A stretch of DNA of 64,000 nt, taken from NCBI GenBank assembly GCA_000146045.2, contig BK006945.2:128001-192000 (forward strand), in the 5' to 3' direction. Under the pieces are notes generated by a model, which was given only the letters and a program-made list of their open reading frames with translations, did no database searches and was not told the DNA's origin. Below, one piece after another: positions 1-9,939 of this stretch. Position numbers and translations under genes: made by a program. The stretch comes from TPA_inf: Saccharomyces (taxonomy: Eukaryota). Each line of letters starts with the position of its first letter. Position 1 is the stretch's first letter.

Positions 1-992
1 CCAGTGATAACGACTCCGTTACTAACGAGGAAGGTTTGATTCGTACTTTTGACGGTGAATCTGCATTTCAAGGTATCGATTCGCACAGAGAAAACTCCAC
101 GTTTGCCACAGGTGGGGCCAAGATCCATCTTTGGGACGTTAACAGATTGAAGCCAGTTTCCGATCTATCATGGGGAGCAGACAACATTACTAGTTTAAAA
201 TTCAATCAAAATGAAACAGATATCTTGGCCAGTACTGGTAGTGATAATTCTATTGTTCTTTACGACTTGAGAACCAACTCCCCCACACAAAAGATTGTTC
301 AAACAATGAGGACGAATGCTATTTGCTGGAATCCAATGGAGGCCTTCAACTTTGTAACTGCCAATGAAGATCATAACGCCTACTATTATGATATGAGGAA
401 TTTATCACGTTCATTGAATGTATTCAAAGATCACGTCAGCGCAGTAATGGATGTTGACTTTTCTCCTACGGGGGATGAGATTGTTACTGGTTCGTACGAT
501 AAGAGTATCAGAATATATAAGACGAATCACGGACATTCGAGAGAAATTTATCATACGAAGAGAATGCAGCATGTTTTCCAGGTTAAATATTCCATGGATT
601 CTAAATATATTATCAGTGGATCTGATGATGGGAATGTTAGGCTATGGAGAAGTAAAGCTTGGGAGAGGTCTAATGTCAAAACTACTCGTGAAAAGAATAA
701 ATTAGAATATGACGAAAAATTAAAAGAAAGATTTAGACATATGCCGGAGATCAAAAGAATCAGTAGACATAGACACGTGCCACAAGTCATCAAAAAGGCT
801 CAGGAAATTAAGAACATTGAGTTGAGTTCTATTAAGAGAAGAGAAGCTAATGAAAGGCGTACTAGAAAGGATATGCCATACATTTCCGAAAGGAAGAAAC
901 AAATCGTTGGTACCGTGCACAAATATGAAGATTCAGGAAGAGATAGGAAAAGAAGAAAGGAAGATGACAAACGTGATACTCAAGAAAAGTAG
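1..992 (+). CDS. SOF1: U3 snoRNP WD40 protein Sof1, C-terminal about 330 aa; the 5' end of the gene lies upstream of the window. The reading frame is open from position 3 and stops at 990-992.
   Basis: The translation carries WD repeats (LWD, GSYDKSIRIY, GSDDGNVRLW) and a K/R-rich tail ending ...KRDTQEK, matching my recollection of yeast Sof1. The track M at 36 is a TTG, not a real start, and the frame continues to the window edge. Confidence 0.9.
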   Translation, partial: SDNDSVTNEEGLIRTFDGESAFQGIDSHRENSTFATGGAKIHLWDVNRLKPVSDLSWGADNITSLKFNQNETDILASTGSDNSIVLYDLRTNSPTQKIVQTMRTNAICWNPMEAFNFVTANEDHNAYYYDMRNLSRSLNVFKDHVSAVMDVDFSPTGDEIVTGSYDKSIRIYKTNHGHSREIYHTKRMQHVFQVKYSMDSKYIISGSDDGNVRLWRSKAWERSNVKTTREKNKLEYDEKLKERFRHMPEIKRISRHRHVPQVIKKAQEIKNIELSSIKRREANERRTRKDMPYISERKKQIVGTVHKYEDSGRDRKRRKEDDKRDTQEK

Positions 993-1214
993 TTATTCTG
1001 TTTTATGTTGTCTGTATATACACATATGTACAATATTTGCATTTTTTTAATTTTTAATTCACATGTATTTGATAAATGTTCACGCCAGTCCCGTTAAATT
1101 AAAATTACCATTTTATTAGATTATGAATTTATATATGAATACATTGTGTCGTAATGGTAGAAGAAGTTGAAAAAAAAAATGTCAAGGGACAGCATGGGTA
1201 CAGTGTGTTGAGCC

Positions 1215-1242
1215 AAAAAAAAAAAGAAAAAAAAAGAAAAAA
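1215..1242. repeat. A-rich homopolymer tract (A11 G A9 G A6) in the convergent SOF1/PSR1 3' spacer
   Basis: Read directly from the sequence. Confidence 0.9.
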
Positions 1243-1329
1243 CTTTTTGTTCTCTGGTTCTTTTCTTCATCTTCTTCATCTTCATTCTTTGGTAGCGGGG
1301 GCCACAAGAAATTCGGGCGAAAGTGCTCA

Positions 1330-2613
1330 TTATATTGTTACATCCAAAATTTTGCCCACATCCAGTGAGGTTTTCACAGAAAGGTCTTCTAAAAGAGGAA
1401 TAATATCTAATAATTCGTTATCATGAGTATCTGAGAACCAGGACGAAATCGGTATTGCATGTTGGGGATGAAAAATATAAGATGCCGGAGAGTTATCGAG
1501 AATGATGATATCTGATAACGGCCTTCCAATCTGGGATAAGTTTTTTATATAGTTTCCTTCATAGTTATAGCAAGCCTCTCTGAATAATCTGTGATGAATG
1601 ACTTTATCTGTGTCTAATATATCAAGCAAAGGATCACCGTATCGAGAGACACTAGCCGTGAAGACTACAACCTCGAATAATTTTCCGACTCTTTCCAAAA
1701 ATTCTTCCACACCAGGTCTTTTAATGACATAGACATTGTGTACTTGGTCATCTATTTCCACAGACAAAACAAAATCCGCAGATCGTAAGTATTTGAAAGA
1801 AGAGTGTACCAAGGTTTCATCCAGGTCCAGTATTAGGCATTTCTTGCCCTTTGTACTTTCATCTTGTGGGGGGAGCAGAGTGTTGTAACCTGGTGCATGA
1901 TACTGGCCCTGCTGCAAAAGCGTTAGATCAATATATTCTTCATCTTCATCGTCTTCGTCGTCGGCATCGTTGGAAGTTTCACTGGCTTGAGAGCTGCTAC
2001 TTACCCTACTCAAATTCATATCTTGGATAAGATGGTCAGACGATACTTGTACAGTAGGCCCTCGCTGCTGCGACTGCGACTGCGACTGTGACTGTGACTG
2101 TGACTGGGGTTGTGGTTGTGGTTGTGACTGTTGTTGTTGTTGCTGCTGTTGTTTTTTCTGCCTGGAAGTATCTTTCACAGCATCTCCTTTTTCCTGTACA
2201 ATGCCACGACTGCGACGGTTATCTTCATCGTCGATCTCTTCATCTTCGTCAACCTCGTATTTTTCCTCGTAAAGATCATCTTTACTAATTCGCTTCTCTA
2301 CTTTTGTCATATTATTAGTAGTAGTGGCGGTGACGGCTGCAGTCGGCGACGATGGCTTCTTTTTTTCATTATCGTTCGTGCTTATCCCAGATTTACCGGT
2401 GGATCGTTCAGTGGAACTGAAAGTAGCGGCTGAATTTGTCTTAGAAGGAGGAGAGTTTGTCTGATGTACGCCACGGGTTCGGCTTTTCGTGTTGGAATGT
2501 TTAACGCTTCTGTTTTTATTGAGAGAACTGCTCTGTTGTTGGCGATAAGCAGAATTGGAATTGGATTGTGTCGTCTCGGAAGAGCAGCACAGTATTGACG
2601 ATATGAAACCCAT
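1330..2613 (-). CDS. PSR1: Plasma-membrane NIF/FCP1-family phosphatase Psr1 (427 aa)
   Basis: N-terminus [12 protein letters not shown], a palmitoylation-type motif. C-terminal HAD/FCP1 domain with [10 protein letters not shown]. Central polyQ/(SQ)n. The length matches PSR1. Confidence 0.95.
   Translation of the reverse strand: MGFISSILCCSSETTQSNSNSAYRQQQSSSLNKNRSVKHSNTKSRTRGVHQTNSPPSKTNSAATFSSTERSTGKSGISTNDNEKKKPSSPTAAVTATTTNNMTKVEKRISKDDLYEEKYEVDEDEEIDDEDNRRSRGIVQEKGDAVKDTSRQKKQQQQQQQQSQPQPQPQSQSQSQSQSQSQQRGPTVQVSSDHLIQDMNLSRVSSSSQASETSNDADDEDDEDEEYIDLTLLQQGQYHAPGYNTLLPPQDESTKGKKCLILDLDETLVHSSFKYLRSADFVLSVEIDDQVHNVYVIKRPGVEEFLERVGKLFEVVVFTASVSRYGDPLLDILDTDKVIHHRLFREACYNYEGNYIKNLSQIGRPLSDIIILDNSPASYIFHPQHAIPISSWFSDTHDNELLDIIPLLEDLSVKTSLDVGKILDVTI
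2064..2155 (-). repeat. Imperfect tri/hexanucleotide repeat inside the PSR1 CDS. The + strand reads (CTGCGA)n(CTGTGA)n(GGTTGT)n(TGTTGC)n. On the - strand it encodes Q8-SQ-(PQ)3-(SQ)7.
   Basis: Visible in the sequence and in the ORF translation ([28 protein letters not shown]). Confidence 0.9.
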
Positions 2614-2994
2614 ACTGTTTTGCTACTTATTGTTGTTAAAGCTTACGAACACGAATGTAGGCAAATAAAAAGCTTGGATAAACGCACAATGAAAGGGGAA
2701 GTGCGATTGATTATGCTATAAGGAATGACACGAAGAGAGCAGACTATAGGCTAGGCAGGCGATAAAGGAAGGAGTTGTACTTGACGACAACGTAATAAAG
2801 AGTTCAATGAAAGAGTATTGTGAGCAGTATGGTTCAACGAGCACTTCTTCTCGACACCTATTTCTATACTTTTTCACTTAATATACACTAACTAATCCCA
2901 GACTTTTTTTTTTTTCCGTTCTTTCCAGAAAAAAAAGAAACAAAGCAAGCGTGCCCTGACTTAGGGTTTCCTAAAAAAGTTATTAGGTTTGTGT

Positions 2995-3023
2995 CACGTG
3001 ATACGTCCTTTTCTGGTCACGTG
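2995..3023. promoter_or_regulatory. Two GTCACGTG E-boxes of Cbf1/Pho4/CDEI type, 23 bp apart (2995-3000 and 3018-3023). They lie about 380-410 bp upstream of the PSR1 ATG and downstream of COX17.
   Basis: Exact RTCACRTG matches read from the sequence. The factor assignment follows from the known Cbf1 consensus. Confidence 0.5.
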
Positions 3024-3204
3024 GTCTTAGAACACTCTTAAGGGGCCAAGCACAAGAGGACAGTGCTAGCAGTAGAAGTGGTGTAGTAGTGATGAGGTAA
3101 TGTTAATTGTGCATCGCACATATTTACAGGTAGTATATACTATAGTTTGTGAATACCTATTCTTATATATACAAGAAATGGTTGTCGGCAGACTGTCAGT
3201 AAGA

Positions 3205-3414
3205 CTAATTTGCACTTGGAACTTCGAAGCCATAACCCTTCATGCACTCTTTGTACTTTTCAATGAATTCCTTGCATTTTTCAGAGTCTTGTCCATTGAA
3301 TAAGATGCATGTATCCCGCTCCTCCTTTTCTGGCTTACAAACGCAACATGGCTTAGGTTTGTCCTCGCACTCCGCGTGGTTTTCTTGTTCTTGTTTCTTG
3401 TCAGTTTCAGTCAT
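3205..3414 (-). CDS. COX17: Copper metallochaperone Cox17 (69 aa)
   Basis: KPCCVCK copper-binding motif plus a twin Cx9C. The 69 aa length matches yeast Cox17. Confidence 0.95.
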   Translation of the reverse strand: MTETDKKQEQENHAECEDKPKPCCVCKPEKEERDTCILFNGQDSEKCKEFIEKYKECMKGYGFEVPSAN

Positions 3415-3590
3415 TGGGTATAATTGATTGTGTAGTTATCTGATTGTGTACACTAAAATTTTGTTTAGTTGTACTAGAGACAAGTAGTTAGGTGGTTACT
3501 AGATTCTGATTCGCCGCTATATATCGTCATTTTATCTTTTTTTGAAGGAGATAGGTAGGGTTATAACATTATCCGGGTAATGATTTGAAA

Positions 3591-3615
3591 AAAAATTTTC
3601 AAAAAATGCGATGAG
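3591..3615 (+). promoter_or_regulatory. RRPE (AAAAATTTT, 3591-3599) followed by a PAC motif (GCGATGAG, 3608-3615) extended as GCGATGAGATGAG. This is the ribosome-biogenesis regulon promoter signature, about 115-140 bp upstream of DRS1.
   Basis: Exact consensus matches read from the sequence. The PAC/RRPE association with RiBi genes is established knowledge. Confidence 0.7.
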
Positions 3616-3728
3616 ATGAGGTTGAAAATTGTAAGTTAGAATATGCTTAGATAGTATGAGTATTTACGTTGGTAACTTGGGTTTCGAATTGGAGCTGTGT
3701 GCCTACAACAGCGTCTTATATATATACT

Positions 3729-5987
3729 ATGGTGGTAGGAACTAAAAAATACTCTAATTTGGACTTTGTCCCTACAATCAGTGACAGTGAAGACGATGTT
3801 CCAATTCTAGATTCTTCTGATGACGAAAAAGTCGAGGCTAAGAAGACTACGAAGAAGCGGAAGGGTAAGAATAACAAGAAAAAGGTTAGTGAGGGGGATA
3901 ACCTCGATGAGGATGTTCATGAGGACTTGGACGCGGGGTTTAAGTTTGATTTGGACGCCGATGATACCACTTCGAACTTCCAAGGCTGGAACTTTCTAGC
4001 AGAGGGCGAGTCCAATAAGGACGATGCCGAAGCTTTTGTGAAGAAGGACGTTGACTTGGATAAGATTATTAGAAGAAAAGGTGGGCTGGTGAAAATGGCC
4101 CATATTGATAGTAAACAAGAAGAAGAAACCGAGAAAGAAAAAGTAGAAAAAGAAAACGATAGCGACGATGAGGAATTAGCAATGGACGGGTTCGGTATGG
4201 GAGCTCCCATGAACAATGGAGACGAAAATCAGTCAGAAGAAGAAGAAGAAGAGGAGGAAAAGGAAGAGGAAGAGGAGGAAGAGGAGGAACAAGAAGAGAT
4301 GACGTTAGAAAAAGGCGGCAAAGATGACGAAATAGATGAAGAAGACGATTCTGAAGAGGCAAAAGCCGATTTCTATGCGCCTGAAACTGAGGGAGATGAA
4401 GCTAAAAAGCAAATGTACGAAAATTTCAACAGTTTGTCTTTATCTCGTCCGGTTCTTAAGGGCCTTGCAAGTTTGGGTTACGTCAAGCCTTCCCCTATTC
4501 AAAGCGCCACAATCCCCATTGCCTTATTGGGTAAAGACATCATTGCCGGTGCTGTGACTGGTTCCGGTAAGACTGCTGCGTTTATGATTCCCATAATCGA
4601 GCGTTTGTTGTATAAACCAGCCAAAATCGCTTCCACCAGAGTTATTGTTCTATTGCCCACTCGTGAGTTAGCTATCCAAGTCGCTGACGTTGGTAAACAA
4701 ATTGCACGTTTCGTCTCCGGTATAACCTTTGGTCTGGCCGTTGGTGGTTTGAACTTGAGACAACAAGAACAAATGTTGAAATCTCGTCCGGACATCGTCA
4801 TTGCTACCCCAGGTAGATTCATTGATCATATCAGGAACTCAGCAAGTTTTAATGTGGACTCAGTAGAGATTCTGGTTATGGATGAAGCCGATAGAATGTT
4901 AGAAGAAGGTTTTCAAGATGAACTGAACGAAATTATGGGCCTATTACCAAGCAATAGACAGAACCTATTGTTTTCTGCTACAATGAACTCCAAAATTAAA
5001 AGTTTAGTTAGTCTTTCTCTAAAAAAACCAGTAAGGATTATGATTGATCCTCCAAAGAAAGCTGCTACTAAGTTGACACAAGAATTCGTTCGTATTCGTA
5101 AAAGAGACCATTTGAAGCCTGCCTTGTTATTTAATTTGATTAGGAAATTGGATCCAACGGGTCAAAAGAGGATTGTCGTTTTTGTGGCTAGAAAAGAAAC
5201 TGCTCATAGGTTAAGGATTATCATGGGTCTTTTAGGTATGAGTGTGGGTGAATTACACGGTTCTTTAACCCAAGAACAGCGTTTAGATTCCGTTAATAAA
5301 TTCAAAAATTTGGAAGTTCCTGTACTTATCTGTACGGATTTGGCCTCCAGAGGTCTTGATATCCCCAAGATTGAGGTTGTTATCAACTACGATATGCCCA
5401 AGAGTTATGAGATCTACCTGCATAGAGTTGGTCGTACCGCCAGAGCTGGTAGGGAAGGTCGTTCCGTCACCTTCGTCGGTGAATCATCTCAAGATAGAAG
5501 TATTGTACGTGCTGCTATAAAGAGTGTAGAAGAAAATAAGTCCCTAACTCAAGGTAAAGCACTTGGTAGAAACGTAGACTGGGTTCAAATCGAAGAAACA
5601 AACAAACTTGTTGAATCCATGAACGATACGATTGAAGATATTCTGGTGGAAGAAAAGGAGGAGAAGGAAATATTAAGGGCTGAAATGCAATTAAGAAAGG
5701 GTGAAAATATGTTGAAGCATAAAAAGGAAATCCAGGCAAGACCAAGAAGGACATGGTTCCAAAGCGAATCAGATAAGAAAAATTCCAAAGTATTAGGTGC
5801 TTTATCAAGGAACAAGAAAGTCACTAACAGCAAAAAGAGAAAGCGTGAAGAAGCTAAGGCAGATGGCAATGGTGCACGTTCTTATAGAAAAACCAAAACC
5901 GACCGTATTGCAGATCAAGAAAGAACTTTTAAAAAGCAGAAGAGTACAAATTCAAATAAGAAGAAGGGCTTCAAAAGCCGTAGGTAA
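3729..5987 (+). CDS. DRS1: Nucleolar DEAD-box RNA helicase Drs1 (752 aa). The track ORF starts 20 codons further upstream at 3669.
   Basis: Walker [16 protein letters not shown] box [22 protein letters not shown]. Acidic N-terminal tract and basic C-terminal tail. The start at 3729 (MVVGTKK) gives the 752 aa I recall. Confidence 0.9.
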   Translation: MVVGTKKYSNLDFVPTISDSEDDVPILDSSDDEKVEAKKTTKKRKGKNNKKKVSEGDNLDEDVHEDLDAGFKFDLDADDTTSNFQGWNFLAEGESNKDDAEAFVKKDVDLDKIIRRKGGLVKMAHIDSKQEEETEKEKVEKENDSDDEELAMDGFGMGAPMNNGDENQSEEEEEEEEKEEEEEEEEEQEEMTLEKGGKDDEIDEEDDSEEAKADFYAPETEGDEAKKQMYENFNSLSLSRPVLKGLASLGYVKPSPIQSATIPIALLGKDIIAGAVTGSGKTAAFMIPIIERLLYKPAKIASTRVIVLLPTRELAIQVADVGKQIARFVSGITFGLAVGGLNLRQQEQMLKSRPDIVIATPGRFIDHIRNSASFNVDSVEILVMDEADRMLEEGFQDELNEIMGLLPSNRQNLLFSATMNSKIKSLVSLSLKKPVRIMIDPPKKAATKLTQEFVRIRKRDHLKPALLFNLIRKLDPTGQKRIVVFVARKETAHRLRIIMGLLGMSVGELHGSLTQEQRLDSVNKFKNLEVPVLICTDLASRGLDIPKIEVVINYDMPKSYEIYLHRVGRTARAGREGRSVTFVGESSQDRSIVRAAIKSVEENKSLTQGKALGRNVDWVQIEETNKLVESMNDTIEDILVEEKEEKEILRAEMQLRKGENMLKHKKEIQARPRRTWFQSESDKKNSKVLGALSRNKKVTNSKKRKREEAKADGNGARSYRKTKTDRIADQERTFKKQKSTNSNKKKGFKSRR
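4235..4300 (+). repeat. (GAA/GAG)n purine-rich repeat encoding a poly-Glu tract ([20 protein letters not shown]) in DRS1
   Basis: Read directly from the sequence. Confidence 0.9.
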
Positions 5988-6301
5988 TAATTTTCATCGT
6001 CATTATCATAAAATATCAACATACTTATCACTGTCATTATATTATTAATACTTTGTATTTAAATATCATTAATTCATCTAATAAACAGGGGATTAGTCAA
6101 AAATTCCTTTTTTTTTGTTGAATCTGTAGAAGTGAGTATTAATAAACTGCAAGCTATATGCTATATTAAAAGGATTTTTCAAGTACAAACGAACTGAATG
6201 GAGACTCAAGCTACTTGCGGGAAAGAATTACAAAATTACATTCCATTCTAGTAAAAAAAAGTTATAAATAAAAAAAAATCGTCTGACGACAAATTTGTAT
6301 C

Positions 6302-8299
6302 TTAATCAAAATAAAAATTTTGGGTTACTTTCTTTAACGTTTCCAAGTTATAAAATTCTTCATCTTCGTCCTCGTCGCTTGGTTCAGGTGGAGGCACTAT
6401 GATGTCCTGACGAACGTTCAAATTTATCATCTGAACATTTTTCCTCAAATCAAATAAAGTGTCTATTTGTTCTTTCGTGTCTTCTGATATATCTTCATGC
6501 TGGAATGGAGATATCAATTTCAATCCGTCTAGCCATATATATCTTCCCTCTTCTGTGTCTAAATAAAATTTCAAAACTGTCCTGTCGTTACGATCTTTTA
6601 ATTCAACTCCAGTGTACACATTGGCTTCATCTAATTTGATGTAAACATTACTGCTCGTCCGACGACTCGGTGTAGTAAGTTCTATGCTTTTGAAAGAGGT
6701 TATATGTTTCAAAACAACAACTTTTGTTCTGCCATTAGCTAATGCCTCAGAACCTGGACTTGTTAAAATTTTATTGTCGAATAGATAAGGTAAATCGTTT
6801 GTTTGTGTTTCGAATTCTCTGGCTAATAAATTTGCGTGGTTATCTGAAACTATGAGGAAGTAGACTTTAGGCGTGCCAGCTTCAGGATTCAGTGGGTTCT
6901 CTGCGTAAACCCACGTTCCCTTTTGCAATTGAAGAAGTCTTTGATGACGAACGTAATCACGAACCTGGCCTGATAGCATGGTATCGAAGCTAGCGATACT
7001 AGATGACCAGGTTCGATACTGTTCTTTTTTGATTGAGTCTAATTGTAATGTTCTTGCAAATTTATATCTCATAGAGTCAAGTGCAACAACTTGGGTCTTG
7101 AGAAGGGATTTCGTCTGTATTGCTGCTTCCAAATCACTGGATGACAAACAAACATATTTTAAAGTGATAATAGCTAAATTTAACAGTGAAACCAAATCAC
7201 TTTGCGATTTTGCTAATGATTCTATCCAAAATCTCAAAAACAACTCGAGTGTTTTGTAAAAACATGTTTGTCGATTGAGAACAGCGGTAGCAATTTGTAA
7301 TTTTAAATCACGCTCTGAGTCTGAGTATTGGTTCTCTTTTTTCCCACTTAGATTGAAAAGTCTTCTAAATTGGTCTGAAAGTTTAAATATTGCTTCATAA
7401 AGAGGGAAATCGTTCTCGCCAAACAACAATTGTTCAGTGTAAAGTCTCTTGAAAGACCCATTAGGACTGTTTAAGAATGTGAATGTATCATACGCATTTA
7501 ATAAATTTATACTGGGAAGATCGCCCATTTCCATTTCTAACCCTTTTTGGAATACGGAGTTATCTTTGATGGCTGTAAGAAGATCAGCTTTAAGCGAACA
7601 GGAATAATCATCAATACTAACCGAAGATAGAAAATTTATTAGCCTCTGCTTTAACGGTACAAATTCTTCAAGGATTAGTGGTTGCAAGTCTTCTATGTAA
7701 AGTAATTCAGACATGGAAGCTGGAAAGTTATACTGAAATAGCAAAATGAGGATTCTGGGTACAAATTCTACGGCGTGTGATAGTGATGTCTCACATAATG
7801 TAAGTGAGCATTTTAAAAATAGGGTTATGCATAGTATAGTGTCCGTAAACAACGGTATATGAATAGGTCTTTGGGACAAAAGTTGTAAAAGTATTCCAAT
7901 GAGCTGAGAGTTCTCTCTGGAGATGTGGCAGATGCTCACAATAACTTCATTCTTATTAGAATCTTGGCATTTAAGGGCTACATTAAAAATCCTAATGAGA
8001 TTTGCTACCAACGTTTCTGACCTTAGCTTTTGGCAATTATCACACAATATAGCCCAAAATCGGGAATCTGGAATTACGGTTTTACATAGGTATTTTTCAT
8101 CACAAAGGAGGATATAGTTTGCCAATAACTTTTCGTATTCATCACTTGTCTTGTTCAAATTTTTATTACTGATCAGCGTATGATAGCAAGCTTTTGATTG
8201 TGCACTCGTAAGTGACTTGACTGGCTTTCCTAATTTAGGATTCAGTAGCACTTTTATGTTTTCCAAGCTTTCATCTGGCATCTGCCTGTTATGCTTCAT
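6302..8299 (-). CDS. LMO1: ELMO-homology protein Lmo1 (665 aa)
   Basis: The 665 aa ORF at the position and length expected for YLL007C between DRS1 and MMM1. The identity comes from recollection; I give no motif-level confirmation. Confidence 0.75.
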   Translation of the reverse strand: MKHNRQMPDESLENIKVLLNPKLGKPVKSLTSAQSKACYHTLISNKNLNKTSDEYEKLLANYILLCDEKYLCKTVIPDSRFWAILCDNCQKLRSETLVANLIRIFNVALKCQDSNKNEVIVSICHISRENSQLIGILLQLLSQRPIHIPLFTDTILCITLFLKCSLTLCETSLSHAVEFVPRILILLFQYNFPASMSELLYIEDLQPLILEEFVPLKQRLINFLSSVSIDDYSCSLKADLLTAIKDNSVFQKGLEMEMGDLPSINLLNAYDTFTFLNSPNGSFKRLYTEQLLFGENDFPLYEAIFKLSDQFRRLFNLSGKKENQYSDSERDLKLQIATAVLNRQTCFYKTLELFLRFWIESLAKSQSDLVSLLNLAIITLKYVCLSSSDLEAAIQTKSLLKTQVVALDSMRYKFARTLQLDSIKKEQYRTWSSSIASFDTMLSGQVRDYVRHQRLLQLQKGTWVYAENPLNPEAGTPKVYFLIVSDNHANLLAREFETQTNDLPYLFDNKILTSPGSEALANGRTKVVVLKHITSFKSIELTTPSRRTSSNVYIKLDEANVYTGVELKDRNDRTVLKFYLDTEEGRYIWLDGLKLISPFQHEDISEDTKEQIDTLFDLRKNVQMINLNVRQDIIVPPPEPSDEDEDEEFYNLETLKKVTQNFYFD

Positions 8300-8585
8300 T
8301 GCTTATGCCGTTATTTGAGGTTACTTTAATCTATTTTCCTACTGATGACACAATTGAGTCAATCCAACGTGGAACGGGTTGCCCTTGTATACATTTCAGT
8401 TTACTTCTTTTCATGTATTTCCTTAATAGTTTATTTTTTCACTTTCTGCCTATCCGTTTCAATTCCGAAGAACCGTCAACATCCAATAAAGATCATCTAC
8501 AACAATAAGTGCCCCTCATAATTTTCTCAATGAGATGAAAGAACTTTGAGAGAGTCAATATAATACCTGTAGCCTTTTTCTGAAA

Positions 8586-9866
8586 ATGACTGATAGTGAG
8601 AATGAATCCACCGAAACGGATTCGTTAATGACGTTTGACGATTATATAAGCAAAGAGCTACCTGAACATTTACAGAGACTAATCATGGAGAATTTGAAGG
8701 GTTCTACTACTAATGACTTAAAGCAAACTTCAAACAACTCAGAGTTTAATGTCAGTAAAAACGGGAGCTTCAAAGGTCTCGATGATGCAATTCAAGCTTT
8801 GCAAATGCAAAGCGTGTTGCATCCTTCTTCGTTAGGATCGTTAGCAACGTCCTCCAAATTTTCTGGATGGTCGTTTGCTCAAGGGTTTTTTGTAGGACAG
8901 CTAAGCATAGTGTTGTTGTTCATCTTTTTCCTAAAGTTCTTTATATTCAGTGATGAGCCATCTAAAAGTAAGAATCCGAAACCTGCAGCCTCCCGTCACA
9001 GATCAAAATTTAAAGAATATCCCTTTATATCTCGCGAATTCCTGACTTCTCTTGTTAGGAAGGGTGCTAAACAACACTACGAGCTCAATGAAGAGGCAGA
9101 AAATGAACATCTTCAAGAACTAGCTCTTATTTTAGAGAAAACCTATTATAATGTCGACGTGCACCCTGCAGAGTCATTGGACTGGTTCAACGTTTTAGTT
9201 GCCCAAATAATACAGCAATTCCGCAGTGAGGCTTGGCACAGGGACAATATCCTTCATTCCTTGAATGATTTTATTGGAAGAAAATCACCCGATCTGCCTG
9301 AATATTTGGATACCATAAAAATAACTGAACTGGATACAGGTGATGATTTCCCCATTTTCTCGAATTGCAGAATACAATATTCGCCAAATTCAGGAAATAA
9401 AAAGCTAGAGGCTAAAATTGATATAGATTTAAATGACCACTTAACTTTAGGAGTAGAAACAAAACTATTACTTAACTATCCAAAGCCTGGTATTGCCGCA
9501 CTCCCCATAAATCTAGTAGTGTCAATTGTGAGGTTTCAGGCGTGTTTGACCGTATCTTTAACTAATGCAGAGGAGTTTGCTTCTACTTCGAACGGTAGCA
9601 GTAGTGAAAACGGTATGGAGGGCAATTCAGGATACTTTTTGATGTTTTCTTTTTCTCCTGAATATAGAATGGAATTTGAAATCAAGTCGCTAATTGGCTC
9701 ACGGTCTAAACTTGAAAATATTCCCAAGATCGGCAGTGTCATTGAATACCAAATAAAAAAATGGTTCGTTGAACGATGCGTTGAACCAAGATTCCAATTT
9801 GTCAGGTTACCAAGTATGTGGCCACGTAGTAAAAATACGAGAGAAGAAAAGCCTACAGAGTTATAA
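8586..9866 (+). CDS. MMM1: ERMES complex subunit Mmm1 (426 aa). ER membrane protein with an SMP domain.
   Basis: The N-terminal lumenal segment, a single TM (FFVGQLSIVLLFIFFLKFFIF) and the SMP-domain region match Mmm1. The length is 426 aa. Confidence 0.9.
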   Translation: MTDSENESTETDSLMTFDDYISKELPEHLQRLIMENLKGSTTNDLKQTSNNSEFNVSKNGSFKGLDDAIQALQMQSVLHPSSLGSLATSSKFSGWSFAQGFFVGQLSIVLLFIFFLKFFIFSDEPSKSKNPKPAASRHRSKFKEYPFISREFLTSLVRKGAKQHYELNEEAENEHLQELALILEKTYYNVDVHPAESLDWFNVLVAQIIQQFRSEAWHRDNILHSLNDFIGRKSPDLPEYLDTIKITELDTGDDFPIFSNCRIQYSPNSGNKKLEAKIDIDLNDHLTLGVETKLLLNYPKPGIAALPINLVVSIVRFQACLTVSLTNAEEFASTSNGSSSENGMEGNSGYFLMFSFSPEYRMEFEIKSLIGSRSKLENIPKIGSVIEYQIKKWFVERCVEPRFQFVRLPSMWPRSKNTREEKPTEL

Positions 9867-9939
9867 ATATTTATGTACAAATTTTTTGTTCTATCTTTTT
9901 CCTATCTTCTCTGCCTCATTTTTGGTGTTCCAGTTTTGG

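Noticed and set aside
451-793. Short ORFs (60-150 aa) nested in or antisense to the long genes. Examples are 451-705, 551-793, 2131-2433, 3917-4362, 13400-13839, 26845-27300, 35409-35681, 54273-54870 and 56262-56648.
   Set aside because: Each overlaps a confidently identified long ORF. They have low-complexity or hydrophobic-garbage composition typical of antisense frames, and none has a recognisable domain. I treat them as spurious.
1215-1242. Long poly(A) run as the tail of a retroposed sequence
   Set aside because: There is no target-site duplication and no upstream sequence with similarity to a processed gene or Ty. It is more simply a homopolymer in a 3' intergenic region.
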